Source: Macrostomum lignano (Eukaryota). Taken from it: a stretch of DNA of 64,000 nt. The DNA lies in assembly GCA_002269645.1 (NCBI GenBank), contig NIVC01000291.1, forward strand, positions 310,001-374,000, given 5' to 3'. Each line of letters starts with the position of its first letter. Positions within the stretch are counted from its first letter, which is position 1. The notes beneath the pieces were generated by a model. It was not told where the DNA came from. It did no database searches and saw nothing but the letters and a program-made list of their open reading frames with translations. Both the position numbers and the translations under genes were made by a program. Below, piece by piece: positions 24,432 to 34,306 of this stretch.

Positions 24432-24736
24432 TTTTTATTAGAGGCAGGGGGTTGTGTGCACCCTGGCGCACTTTAAGCGACATAGACACACAACCGGCGA
24501 GAGGCATTACTGCCCATTCCGCCGACTCCCCTGAGCAGGCATACAAGCGCGCGGATACGTACGCAGGCACACACTCACACAGGAGTGTACAGCGGCCCTA
24601 ACTTTATATTATCGTTAGGCATGTACACTTCACTGCGCCTTGGGGGGTTGGCTCTCAAGGCCGTTACTGCACTTGGAATCGAGCCTGGGTCGCTGGCACA
24701 CCAGAGCAGCTGCGCTACCGCTGGGCTACGGCCCCC
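24432..24736 (-). mobile_element. Full-length tRNA-derived SINE (family A), short variant
   Basis: The minus strand reads ggggccgtagcccagcggtagcg (A box)...ggctcgattcc (B box)...ctctaataaaaaa (tail). It is flanked by a perfect 14-bp TSD aggtcgctgccttt (24418-24431 and 24737-24750) and is near-identical to 53167-53535. Confidence 0.92.
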
Positions 24737-26157
24737 TAGGTCGCTGCCTTTGTTGAAGGCAAGCTGTGTTGTGAGCTCCAAAATCAATTTTTATGTAGGA
24801 ACATTTTTTGACGAGCAATGGTAGCAGTAGACTTTGACAGTTTTGCAAAATTATCTGAAAATTCTGATTGAATTGTGGCTCAGTTTCGACAGCAATTCCA
24901 TGAATACGTACCAATCTGGTCACTGATCAACTCAGTGTCCGCAATGCCTATTTATCAGTACCAGGCTGTTGTCTGGAATCTCTGAGTGAAAATGCATTAG
25001 CGATTTGTCAGCCAAACTGCGGTCTCAATGAGCTCAGGTGCAAAAACTACCCATCACCTGGTTGCTTTTCCAGTGCTTTTAAGGTGCTTTTCCGGTGCCT
25101 TAAAAAGGTCCACACAGTAGTATAAAAGGGCGTAAAACCCAGAGATATGTAAGTTTTAGAGGCTAATTTCTTGGAGAAAAATACACCGATAAGACAGGAG
25201 GAAACAAAACCGATTATTGCATTTGATTTTGGCAGTGAATATAACACCACTTTTGATTTAGCATGCACAGCATGTTACTCCGTTTTTTGTTTTAGTTTTC
25301 ATATTGTTTCTTATTTTATAAGCCTAAAGTTTTGACTACTCACGCACATTAGCCGAACTTTTTGTTTTGTTCCTTCGTGAATCAAGGACCTGAAACTCAA
25401 TCTTATGTTGAGCAATATTCTTTACTTTATTCGTTTTTTTCGTACCAGACAGACTACTACCTATAAAAGTAGTGTCGGCTGCTAGTTTAAGCTTTACAGT
25501 GAATTGCATGTCTCTACAATCCGTGGAACTGATATTACAGCTGTCTGCACTCTGCAGGCTCACCTGGACAGAATCTGCGGTCCCTGAACAGAAATTTAAA
25601 CTGCAAAACTCGCGGGCCTGCGCGGTTCATTGCAAGAAATTGCATCAGCAGGCTTATTGGCCCCGCTCTGGTCACAAAGCCGGCTACACTGCACCCGGAT
25701 GCAGCTGCTTAGGTGGGATAGCGGGGCGGCTGTCTAATGCAGGCGATATCAAACAGACTGCTGGGCAGGGCGCCACTGCATGCTCTCACTTGACTCTGCC
25801 GTGCCCCCAGCCTGCAATTCAGTTTTATCCCTGACTGCTCCTCTGTCTCAGGCGTCTCTGTGGCGGTAAAGTTGGCCTGGCGCGTGATGGTTGCTATCAG
25901 GCCGTTGCCATGGCCACTTGGCTGCAGCGCTGGGACAGGCCGTGGGTGAATTGGGATGAGGCTCATGAGGTGGGGGATTTTTCTCCCTCTCATTACAGCG
26001 CAGCGCAATAAAACGGCGTTGACGCACCTGAGTGGGATAAAAGTGTTGATTCCCAAACTCGGGTAGTCCCAGGTGTAACTCCTCTCATCTCGGCTACTCC
26101 AGTGCTTTTAGACCTGCTTTTAGTTCAGCCAAGACGCGTTAAAAAAACTCGGACACA

Positions 26158-27279
26158 ATGGCCGCGACTGTCCGTCAGATCCAGCTGGACCACCCGAGTC
26201 AGCCCGCCGCAAAATCTGGAAGCTGCATCAGAGGGGTGAAGCTGCCAGTAAGCAGATTTTGCACTGCAAACACCTGCTGCATTTGTTGGGGGCAGTCAGT
26301 CAGTCAGTCAGTCAGTCAGCCAGTCAGCCAGTCAGTCAGTCAGTCAGTCAGTCAGTCAGTCAGCCAGTCAGCCAGTCAGTCAGTCAGTCAGTCAGTCAGC
26401 CAGTCAGTCAGTCAGTCAGCCAGTCAGTCAGTCAGTCAGTCAGTCAGCCAGTCAGTCAGCTAGTCAGTCAGTCAGTCAGTCAGTCAGTCAGTCAGCTAGT
26501 CAGCCAGTCAGTCAGTCAGTCAGTCAGTCAGTCAGTCAGTCAGTCAATCAGTCAGTCAGCCAGTCAGTCAGCTAGTCAGTCAGTCAGTCAGTCAGTCAGT
26601 CAGTCAGTCAGTCAGTCAGCTAGTCAGCCAGTCAGTCAGTCAGTCAGTCAGTCAGTCAATCAGTCAGTCAGCCAGTCAGTCAGCTAGTCAGTCAGTCAGT
26701 CAGTCAGTCAGTCACTCAGTCAGTCAGTCACTCAGTCAGTCAGTCAGTTAGTCAGTCAGTCACTCAGTCAGTCAGTCAGGCAGTCAGATGTCAGATGTCA
26801 GACTCAAACTTCGAACCTTCACCTCGCAGCAGCTTCTACAGTCGAGCAGCGACCGGCCGTCGGCCTCGCCGCAGCCTCAGCCGCGGGCTCGCGGCACCCC
26901 CAGCCTGCACAGCCGGCACCCGGACCCCCTGCTGCGCAGTTGGCAGCTCCTGGAGCACCTGCGCCTGCACCAGCTGGGCCTGAGCAGCCAGCTCAGCCGC
27001 CGCTACAACGTCAGCCGCGAGCCCGGCTTCGTGCCCGTCGGACCGCCACAGTCGCCTTCGCCGCCGCCAGCGCCCGCCGCCGTCCGCCTCTCCCTGCCGC
27101 CTCTGGCCTCGTGGCAGGCAGCTGGCGGTCGCAACGAGGTGTCGCCGTTTGTCACCTGGCAGAAGCCCACCTGCGGCTGTCATTTCTCGCGCGACACGGA
27201 CAACAGGAGAGTCAGGGCCGGGCTGCGGCCCGCCAACCTGTCGCTGTGGAGACCGCGGATCGGGCGGGACAGAGAGTGA
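26158..27279 (+). CDS. Putative two-exon orphan protein (~179 aa)
   Basis: Exon 26158-26247 (MAATVRQ..VKLP, donor GTAAGC) joins in phase 0 to exon 26830-27279 (acceptor CCTCGCAG). The intron is occupied by (GTCA)n. GC-rich codon usage; no family recognised. Confidence 0.5.
26293..26787. repeat. (GTCA)n microsatellite
   Basis: Direct observation. Confidence 0.97.
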
Positions 27280-27855
27280 TGAGCTGATGGCTGCCTGAGC
27301 GGTATAATGTACTAAAATTTATGAAAGTACATCGAGCACTTTCTCCACTATTGAGTTATCTACTGAAGCCGTTTAAAGTACAAGTTTAAGTGTACAACAT
27401 TAAAAAGTCAATAAAGAATCTGTTAAAAGCTCAAGGCCTAATGCACATCACTGGCTACTGAGTTCCCGCAGTAGCCGCATTCGTTTTCTGTAGTGAAAGA
27501 AAGTTTTATTTTTACAAGCTTTCTGAATTGTTCAAATATACAGTTTAGATAAACAAAAGCTTTACTTGAGTTGCTTCAAAGCTTGAAATGCTTTGAAGAC
27601 AATTTTTTTAGATTTTTTGTCCTGCAAACCGGTGAAAAAGCAGAAATTCAGACAGTTCGAGCAAGAAATTGGCAGCATTGATCACACAGCAGCTTCATGC
27701 AAAATATTGAGCAGATAAGCAAACTGCAGGTGCAGTTTCTGTTAATTAAACCGCCAACTGCCCCTGCAGCTCAGTAATTTGGGCAGGTTTTTACAGAGGG
27801 CCGATGATGGAGATCTCCAATCTCAGATCTCAATTAGAGAAGACTCGAGTAGAAC

Positions 27856-28386
27856 TCAGGACTGCTCATCTTTGTCAACCTGATCGAACTCTTCGCTGCT
27901 GCCCGCAACGGCATCGACTGTGAACTGAAAGCGTCCGCTGTCCTTGACGTCCTCGGAGCTCGGCTGCCCAGCCACCGATGACTCAAGCGCCGCCGCAGGC
28001 AGCGGCCTCGGCTGCAGGATGGTCTTCTCAGCCTCCTCGGCCGGGCGGCCGGGCGGGGTGAGCGGCATTGCCTGGATCGGCCGGAAGGTCAGCAGCTCCG
28101 GCCCGATGCTGTCCGTCGAGTCCGAGCGGAGGCACGGTGGGTGGCCGGCCCCTGTTGCCATGGCAACCGAGCCGCACAGGCCCGCGCTGTCCTGGCGCCG
28201 AAGGATTCTGGGAGCTGCCAGGTGCGTCAGGCTGTCGAGCTCCTCCTCGTCCTGGTCGTCGATGTCGTTGCCAGCCGACGACTTGCTGTTGAGACGCCTC
28301 AGCCAGATCGGCTCCTGCGGCGGCGGCGGCTGCTGCTGAGTCGCCTCAGCGTCGACCACCGGCTCGTCCTGCCGCTCGCCCTGCAT
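27856..28386 (-). CDS. Single-exon orphan acidic/Pro-rich, probably disordered protein (176 aa)
   Basis: Uninterrupted ATG-to-stop GC-rich ORF with natural-looking composition. No family recognised. Confidence 0.55.
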   Translation of the reverse strand: MQGERQDEPVVDAEATQQQPPPPQEPIWLRRLNSKSSAGNDIDDQDEEELDSLTHLAAPRILRRQDSAGLCGSVAMATGAGHPPCLRSDSTDSIGPELLTFRPIQAMPLTPPGRPAEEAEKTILQPRPLPAAALESSVAGQPSSEDVKDSGRFQFTVDAVAGSSEEFDQVDKDEQS

Positions 28387-29218
28387 GCTCTGGGCCGGGC
28401 CGGCCTTAGTGCTGGTCTTTCACCTGCCTGCCCGTTGCGAGCTTGAGACTGGGGAGGGGGGGCTGTAGCTGACAGCCGCGCTCTCTCGAGTCCCGCTCTT
28501 GCCTGGCCTCAGTTTGCATTCAGTTTTTAAAGGGCTGCTCAGCTCAGCTCTCTCTCCCTGGCCAACTGCGAACTCAATAGCGCGAGAGGGTGAGGGCTGG
28601 ACTGACTCATTTCTCTGGCTGCAGACCCATCAACTGGGTCACCTGACCCGAGCTAATAGCGAGCCTCAGTCTGGGTCAGCGCCAGCTCGAGGCCAGCCAA
28701 TTCTTAAGGTTGCGCCTAAACTACTGGCTGGTGTGCGAATATTAAAATAATTCTGGCACGAACGCAAATCGACTAAACTAAGAGCGCATGTATACATGAA
28801 GCTTACGTGCATTCTGGCGGAATGTTAATTCCGCGTACTTTCGTAAACCTGGATGCAAACGAAACTTACCTTCCTTATTACGGGGAACATGATCTGATGC
28901 ATCCAACAGTCACGGCTGAGACAGCCAAGACAGGGAGACATGATCTGATACATCCAACAGTCACGGCTGAGACACCCATTCATTCTCAGAAGCCACCTCT
29001 GATTCACGCGAAACTGTCTGTTTCCGATCGTTAGCTTTGAGTTTTCCGCTGCACTCTTCTAGTGAGTCACGAGTTCTCTATTGACTGAGCGGGTCCCATG
29101 ATGTGCAGTCATGTGATTCTTGCGCCACAATTCCATTCTCTTTCCAGCCCACCCCAACTCCTCAGACTTGGCCTGCTGCTAATGTACACGGGGTTTGGGG
29201 TGCTGCAATGTCTGTTGA

Positions 29219-30478
29219 ATGGAGGCGCACAGAACAAGGTACTACCAGGAGAGAAAAGCCGCGGCAAAGCCCTCGCTACCCCAGCCCAAAGCTCTAAAAA
29301 ATAGAAGCAGGAAGAAGTTGGACTACGGCAGAAGACGCAGCGCACCGCAGATGACGGCAGCGAGGAGGCACGATTCGTCAGACTACTTGAGCGCCGCGAG
29401 GCCGCGCTCGCCCCAGTCGGCGGGAGCTTCACCGCAGTCTACTTGGTCGGGGCAGCAGCCGCTGGAGCAGCTCGGCGGCAGGAGGCCGCATCAGGCTCGG
29501 AGCACCGGCGGCAGCTGCCTCAGCCTGCGCAGCAACCGCAGGACGCCGGCCATCGGACTGACCTCGCCGAGTGTTCCGGAGAACGCAGCGCCAGAGGCGG
29601 GTTCGGCTCCCGAACGAAGTTTCGAAGAATCCCAACGTGTTTCAGGTGGACTGGAGAGCGGGCATGGTTCGTCCATGTCCAGCCATGGTTCTCTGGATTC
29701 TGGACTGATGCCTGAGAATGGAGATGAGTCGGATGACTCTTCTAGTTTCGGATCTTCGCGAGGATTCTGCAACCGAGATGAGCCAACTGGGAATGCAGCA
29801 GCTGGAGCTGGTGGTGAAGAACTTCAGGTCGACAGCCTCGAGCATTCACCAGACGCCGCTGCTACCGGACATCTCGATGCCCAGATCCAAGCTGAGTCTC
29901 CTGGTGCCGCTGCTACCGGACATCTTGATGCCGAGATCCGAGCTGAGTCTCCTGGTGCCGCTGCTACCGGACATCTCGATGCCCAGATCCGAGCTGAGTC
30001 TCCTGGTGCGGCTGCTACCGGACATCTCGATGCCCAGATCCGAGCTGCTGAGTCACCTGGTGCCGCTGCTACCGGACATCTCGATGCCCAGATCCGAGCT
30101 GAGTCTCATGGTGCCGCTGCTACCGGACATCTCGATGCCCAGATCCGAGCTGCTGAGTCACCTGGTGCGGCTGCTACCCGACAGCTCAACGTCCAGAGCG
30201 GAGCCTCGCAACATGGCCAGCGCGGACGCTTCAGAAAGTTCTTACAGCAGCTGAACTGCTTCAAAGCAGCCGGAAGTGACGCTGACAGCGGCTATAGCTC
30301 TTTGTTTAGTTCAAGGATCTCCTTAGCGTCGAGGGTTTCCAACTCGACCAATCCGCCAAACCCAGCAGCCGACTGCGAACACTTGCCGCTGGTTGTCAGC
30401 AGCGATGCTGGCTCTGCGCTTGGCGGTACCAGTGGCGCTATTGAGGCTATGCCTACTCGTATGGAATCAACTGTTTGA
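29219..30478 (+). CDS. Single-exon orphan Ser/Ala-rich protein (419 aa) with 17-18-aa internal repeats
   Basis: Long ATG-initiated ORF, mostly non-repetitive. It has six copies of SPGAAATGHLDAQIRA(A)E, and the length variants are whole codons. Confidence 0.6.
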   Translation: MEAHRTRYYQERKAAAKPSLPQPKALKNRSRKKLDYGRRRSAPQMTAARRHDSSDYLSAARPRSPQSAGASPQSTWSGQQPLEQLGGRRPHQARSTGGSCLSLRSNRRTPAIGLTSPSVPENAAPEAGSAPERSFEESQRVSGGLESGHGSSMSSHGSLDSGLMPENGDESDDSSSFGSSRGFCNRDEPTGNAAAGAGGEELQVDSLEHSPDAAATGHLDAQIQAESPGAAATGHLDAEIRAESPGAAATGHLDAQIRAESPGAAATGHLDAQIRAAESPGAAATGHLDAQIRAESHGAAATGHLDAQIRAAESPGAAATRQLNVQSGASQHGQRGRFRKFLQQLNCFKAAGSDADSGYSSLFSSRISLASRVSNSTNPPNPAADCEHLPLVVSSDAGSALGGTSGAIEAMPTRMESTV

Positions 30479-31024
30479 CTGCTTGAAGTCGGTCGCACAG
30501 CAGCTCTGCAGAATCTCCAGCAGCGATTTCCGTGACTGATTCCAGATTAACCGATTCGAACCATGACCTTAGATTTTCTATCAGGAAGCCCTTGATCTCG
30601 CGCTCTTTTTCTAATGTATGCAACCCGTGCAAAGCTTGTATATCTCATTTTATATTATTGATTGTCACTTTTAATCTGCGCTCAGAATTTCACTTTAGTC
30701 TATGGTCGCATTCGGCTGCTTCGTGTAAATAAGTCATCACCAAGAACCATTCGTTTCGCTGCAATTTTATAACCTCATTCTAACTCGGTGTTGTTCGCAT
30801 TTCTAACTTTTAAACATAAGGGCATCGACGACTTCGGATTTAATGCCTGTTCAAAGCTTAGAATTTCCTTTTATAACAAGATTTTCTTATTGCGCTACTC
30901 ATCTCCATAAATGTAAGTAGAATACAATGAACACGATGTCAGACGGTGATCATTTTTCTGTGACTAACAGAGGTTTGTCTCGTGAATATAAGCAAATTTG
31001 TCTTTTTTGAGTAACCGATATAAC

Positions 31025-32275
31025 ACTCTGTCTTCCTGACACCCACTCTGTCCTCCTGACATTCACCCTGTCCTGTCCTCCTGACACTCACCCTGTCCTG
31101 TCCTCCTGACACTCACCCTGTCCTGTCCTCCTGACACTCACCCTGTCCTGTCCTCCTGACACTCACCCTGTCCTGTCCTCCTGACACTCACCCTGTCCTC
31201 CTGACACCCACCCTGTCCTCCTGACACCCACCCTGTCTTCCTGACACCCACTCTATCCTCCTGACACCCACCTGTCCTCCTGACACCCACCCTGTCTTCC
31301 TGACACCCACTCTGTCCTCCTGACACCCACCCTGTCTTCCTGACACCCACCCTGTCTTCCTGACACCCACTCTATCCTCCTGACACCCACCTGTCCTCCT
31401 GACACTCACCCTGTCCTCCTGACACCCACCCTGTCCTCCTGACACCCACCCTGTCTTCCTGACACCCACTCTATCCTCCTGACACCCACCTGTCCTCCTG
31501 ACACCCACCCTGTCTTCCTGACACCCACTCTGTCCTCCTGACACCCACCCTGTCTTCCTGACACCCACCCTGTCTTCCTGACACCCACTCTATCCTCCTG
31601 ACACCCACCTGTCCTCCTGACACCCACCCTGTCTTCCTGACACCCACTCTGTCCTCCTGACACCCACCCTGTCTTCCTGACACCCACCCTGTTCTCCTGA
31701 CACCCACTCTGTCCTCCTGACACCCACCCTGTCCTCCTGACACCCACCCTGTCCTCCTGACACCCACTCTGTCCTCCTGACACCCACTCTGTCCTCCTGA
31801 CACCCACCCTGTCCTCCTGACACCCACCCTGTCTTCCTGACACCCACTCTGTCCTCCTGACACCCACCCTGTCCTCCTGACACCCACTCTGTCCTCCTGA
31901 CACCCACCGTGTCCTCCTGACACCCACCCTGTTCTCCTGACACCCACTCTGTCCTCCTGACACCCACTCTGTCCTCCTGACACCCACCCTGTCCTCCTGA
32001 CACCCACCCTGTTCTCCTGACACCCACCCTGTCTTCCTGACACCCACCCTGTTCTCCTGACACCCACTCTGACCTCCTGACACCCACTCTGTCCTCCTGA
32101 CACCCACCCTGTCCTCCTGACACCCACTCTGTCCTCCTGACACCCAGTCTGTCCTTCTGACACCCACCCTGTCCTCCTGATACCCACCCTGTCTTCCTGA
32201 CACCCACCCTATCCTCCTGACACCCACCCTGTCCTTCTGATACCCACCCTGTCCTTCTGACACCCACCCTGTCCT
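31025..32275. repeat. 20-bp minisatellite (ctgacacccaccctgtcctc)
   Basis: About 60 copies. Confidence 0.96.
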
Positions 32276-32485
32276 GAAAGTGTGCGCTTTGATCGAGTTT
32301 TCTGTGGCCCCAGCTGTTCTGCAACCGATTTCGCACCTCAATGGCACTGTCGGAGTGACTCTCGGGTTGGCCCAGCAGGCAGTGGGTTAAAGCGACTCCT
32401 CGTATTTTTCATCTTAGCTAACCACCAACCAAGGGCAGGGATTCGCGTTCAGCATCCCCTCTGCCTCATCAGCCCGAGCTCATGC

Positions 32486-32535
32486 TATATAAAATGAGTT
32501 GCCAGAACGGTTGCTAAGCCACTCACAGAGTCAGT
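32486..32535 (+). promoter_or_regulatory. TATA box (TATATAAAA) and Inr-like TCAGT upstream of the ATG|GT first exon
   Basis: TATATAAAA at 32486-32494, agtcagt about 40 nt downstream, and ATG|GTGAGT at 32631. Confidence 0.45.
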
Positions 32536-32630
32536 GCGGTTAAAACTGGGGACAAAAAATTTACATTGCGATTTCTTAGAAACTTGTGCATCTGGGCTCG
32601 GACAGCGCGCCTGTCTGACCTGCCGAGACA

Positions 32631-33164
32631 ATGGTGAGTCCCGGATGTGGGATCTGTTTGCCCCGGGGTGGCTGTAGGCTGTAGGTTTTACTGTTCTGAG
32701 TTTCGATTTTTAGTATTAACCGCCCTCCTCTAACCTGCTGAGCAGTGCTCAGTCAGTTTGCTGGGACAGCCGCCGAGAAGACCACCAAAAAGGCAAAAGA
32801 AAATGCTCAAAATGATGGGTAGGATGGTAATGAAGGAGAGAAGTGTGAGTGAGAGTAAGGGAGAGAGTGAGAGATGAGAATGAGGAGAGTAAGGGAGAGA
32901 GTGAGAGATGAGAATGAGGAGAGTAAGGGAGAGAGTGAGAGATGAGAATGAGGAGAGTAAGGGAGAGAGTGAGAGATGAGAATGAGGAGAGTGAGGGTGA
33001 GAGTGAGAGATGAGAATGAGGAGAGTGAGGGTGAGAGTGAGGGTGAGAGTGAGGGGTGAGAGTGAGGGGTGAGAGTGAGGGTGAGAGTGAGGGGTGAGAG
33101 TGAGGGTGAGAGTGAGGGTGAGAGTGAGGGTGAGAGTGAGGGTGAGAGTGAGGGTGAGAGTGAG

Positions 33165-33198
<34 letters not shown>

Positions 33199-33430
33199 AG
33201 GGTGAGAGTGAGGGGTGAGAGTGAGAGGTGAGAGTGAGGGGTGAGAGTGAGGGTGAGAGTGAGGTTGAGAGTGAGAGTGAGAGTGAGGGTGAGAGTGAGA
33301 GTGAGAGTGAGGGGTGAGAGTGAGGGGTGAGAGTGAGGGGTGAGAGTGAGGGGTGAGAGTGAGGGTGAGAGTGAGGGTGAGAGTAAGGGTGAGAGTGAGG
33401 GTGAGAGTGAGAGTGAGGGGTGAGAGTGAG

Positions 33431-33464
<34 letters not shown>

Positions 33465-33870
33465 AGGGTGAGAGTGAGGGGTGAGAGTGAGAGGTGAGAG
33501 TGAGGGGTGAGAGTGAGGGTGAGAGTGAGGTTGAGAGTGAGAGTGAGAGTGAGGGTGAGAGTGAGAGTGAGAGTGAGGGGTGAGAGTGAGGGGTGAGAGT
33601 GAGGGGTGAGAGTGAGGGGTGAGAGTGAGGGTGAGAGTGAGGGTGAGAGTAAGGGTGAGAGTGAGGGTGAGAGTGAGAGTGAGGGGTGAGAGTGAGGGGT
33701 GAGAGTGAGGGGTGAGAGTGAGGGGTGAGAGTGAGGGTGAGAGTGAGGGTCAGAGTGAGGGTCAGAGTGAGGTTGAGAGTGAGGGTGAGAGTGAGGGTGA
33801 GAGTGAGGGTGAGAGTGAGGGTGAGAGTGAGGGTGAGAGTGAGGGGTGAGAGAGAGGGGTGAGACTGAGG

Positions 33871-33908
<38 letters not shown>

Positions 33909-34275
33909 TGAGAGTGAGAGGTGAGAGTGAGAGTGAGAGTGAGGGTGAGAGTGAGGGTGAGAGTGAGAGGTGAGAGTGAGGGTCAGACTGAGGGTGAGAC
34001 TGAGGGTGAGAGTGAGAGTGAGGTTGAGAGCGAGGGTGAGAGTGAGGGTCAGAGTGAGGGTGAGACTGAGGGTGAGAGTGAGAGTGAGGTTGAGAGTGAG
34101 GGTCAGAGTGAGGGTCAGAGTGAGGTTGAGAGTGAGGGTGAGAGTGAGGGTCAGACTGAGGGTGAGACTGAGGGTGAGAGTGAGAGTGAGGTTTAGAGTG
34201 AGGGTCAGAGTGAGGGTCAGAGTGAGGTTGAGAGTGAGGGTGAGAGTGAGGGTGAGACTGAGGGTGAGACTGAGG

Positions 34276-34306
<31 letters not shown>

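Noticed and set aside
24432-24736. tRNA gene call for SINE family A heads (also 53167 and 50314)
   Set aside because: The A/B boxes are followed by a non-tRNA body, an A-tail and TSDs, so these are SINEs.
25047-25563. Short minus-strand ORFs with a possible GIY-YIG-like FIGS motif
   Set aside because: The upstream GIY motif and downstream catalytic residues are not evident. The region is AT-rich and the ORFs are short.
27900-27935. GRFQFT as a SPAK/OSR1-binding RFxV motif in the 176-aa orphan
   Set aside because: The fourth position is Phe, not Val/Ile, so it does not fit the motif.
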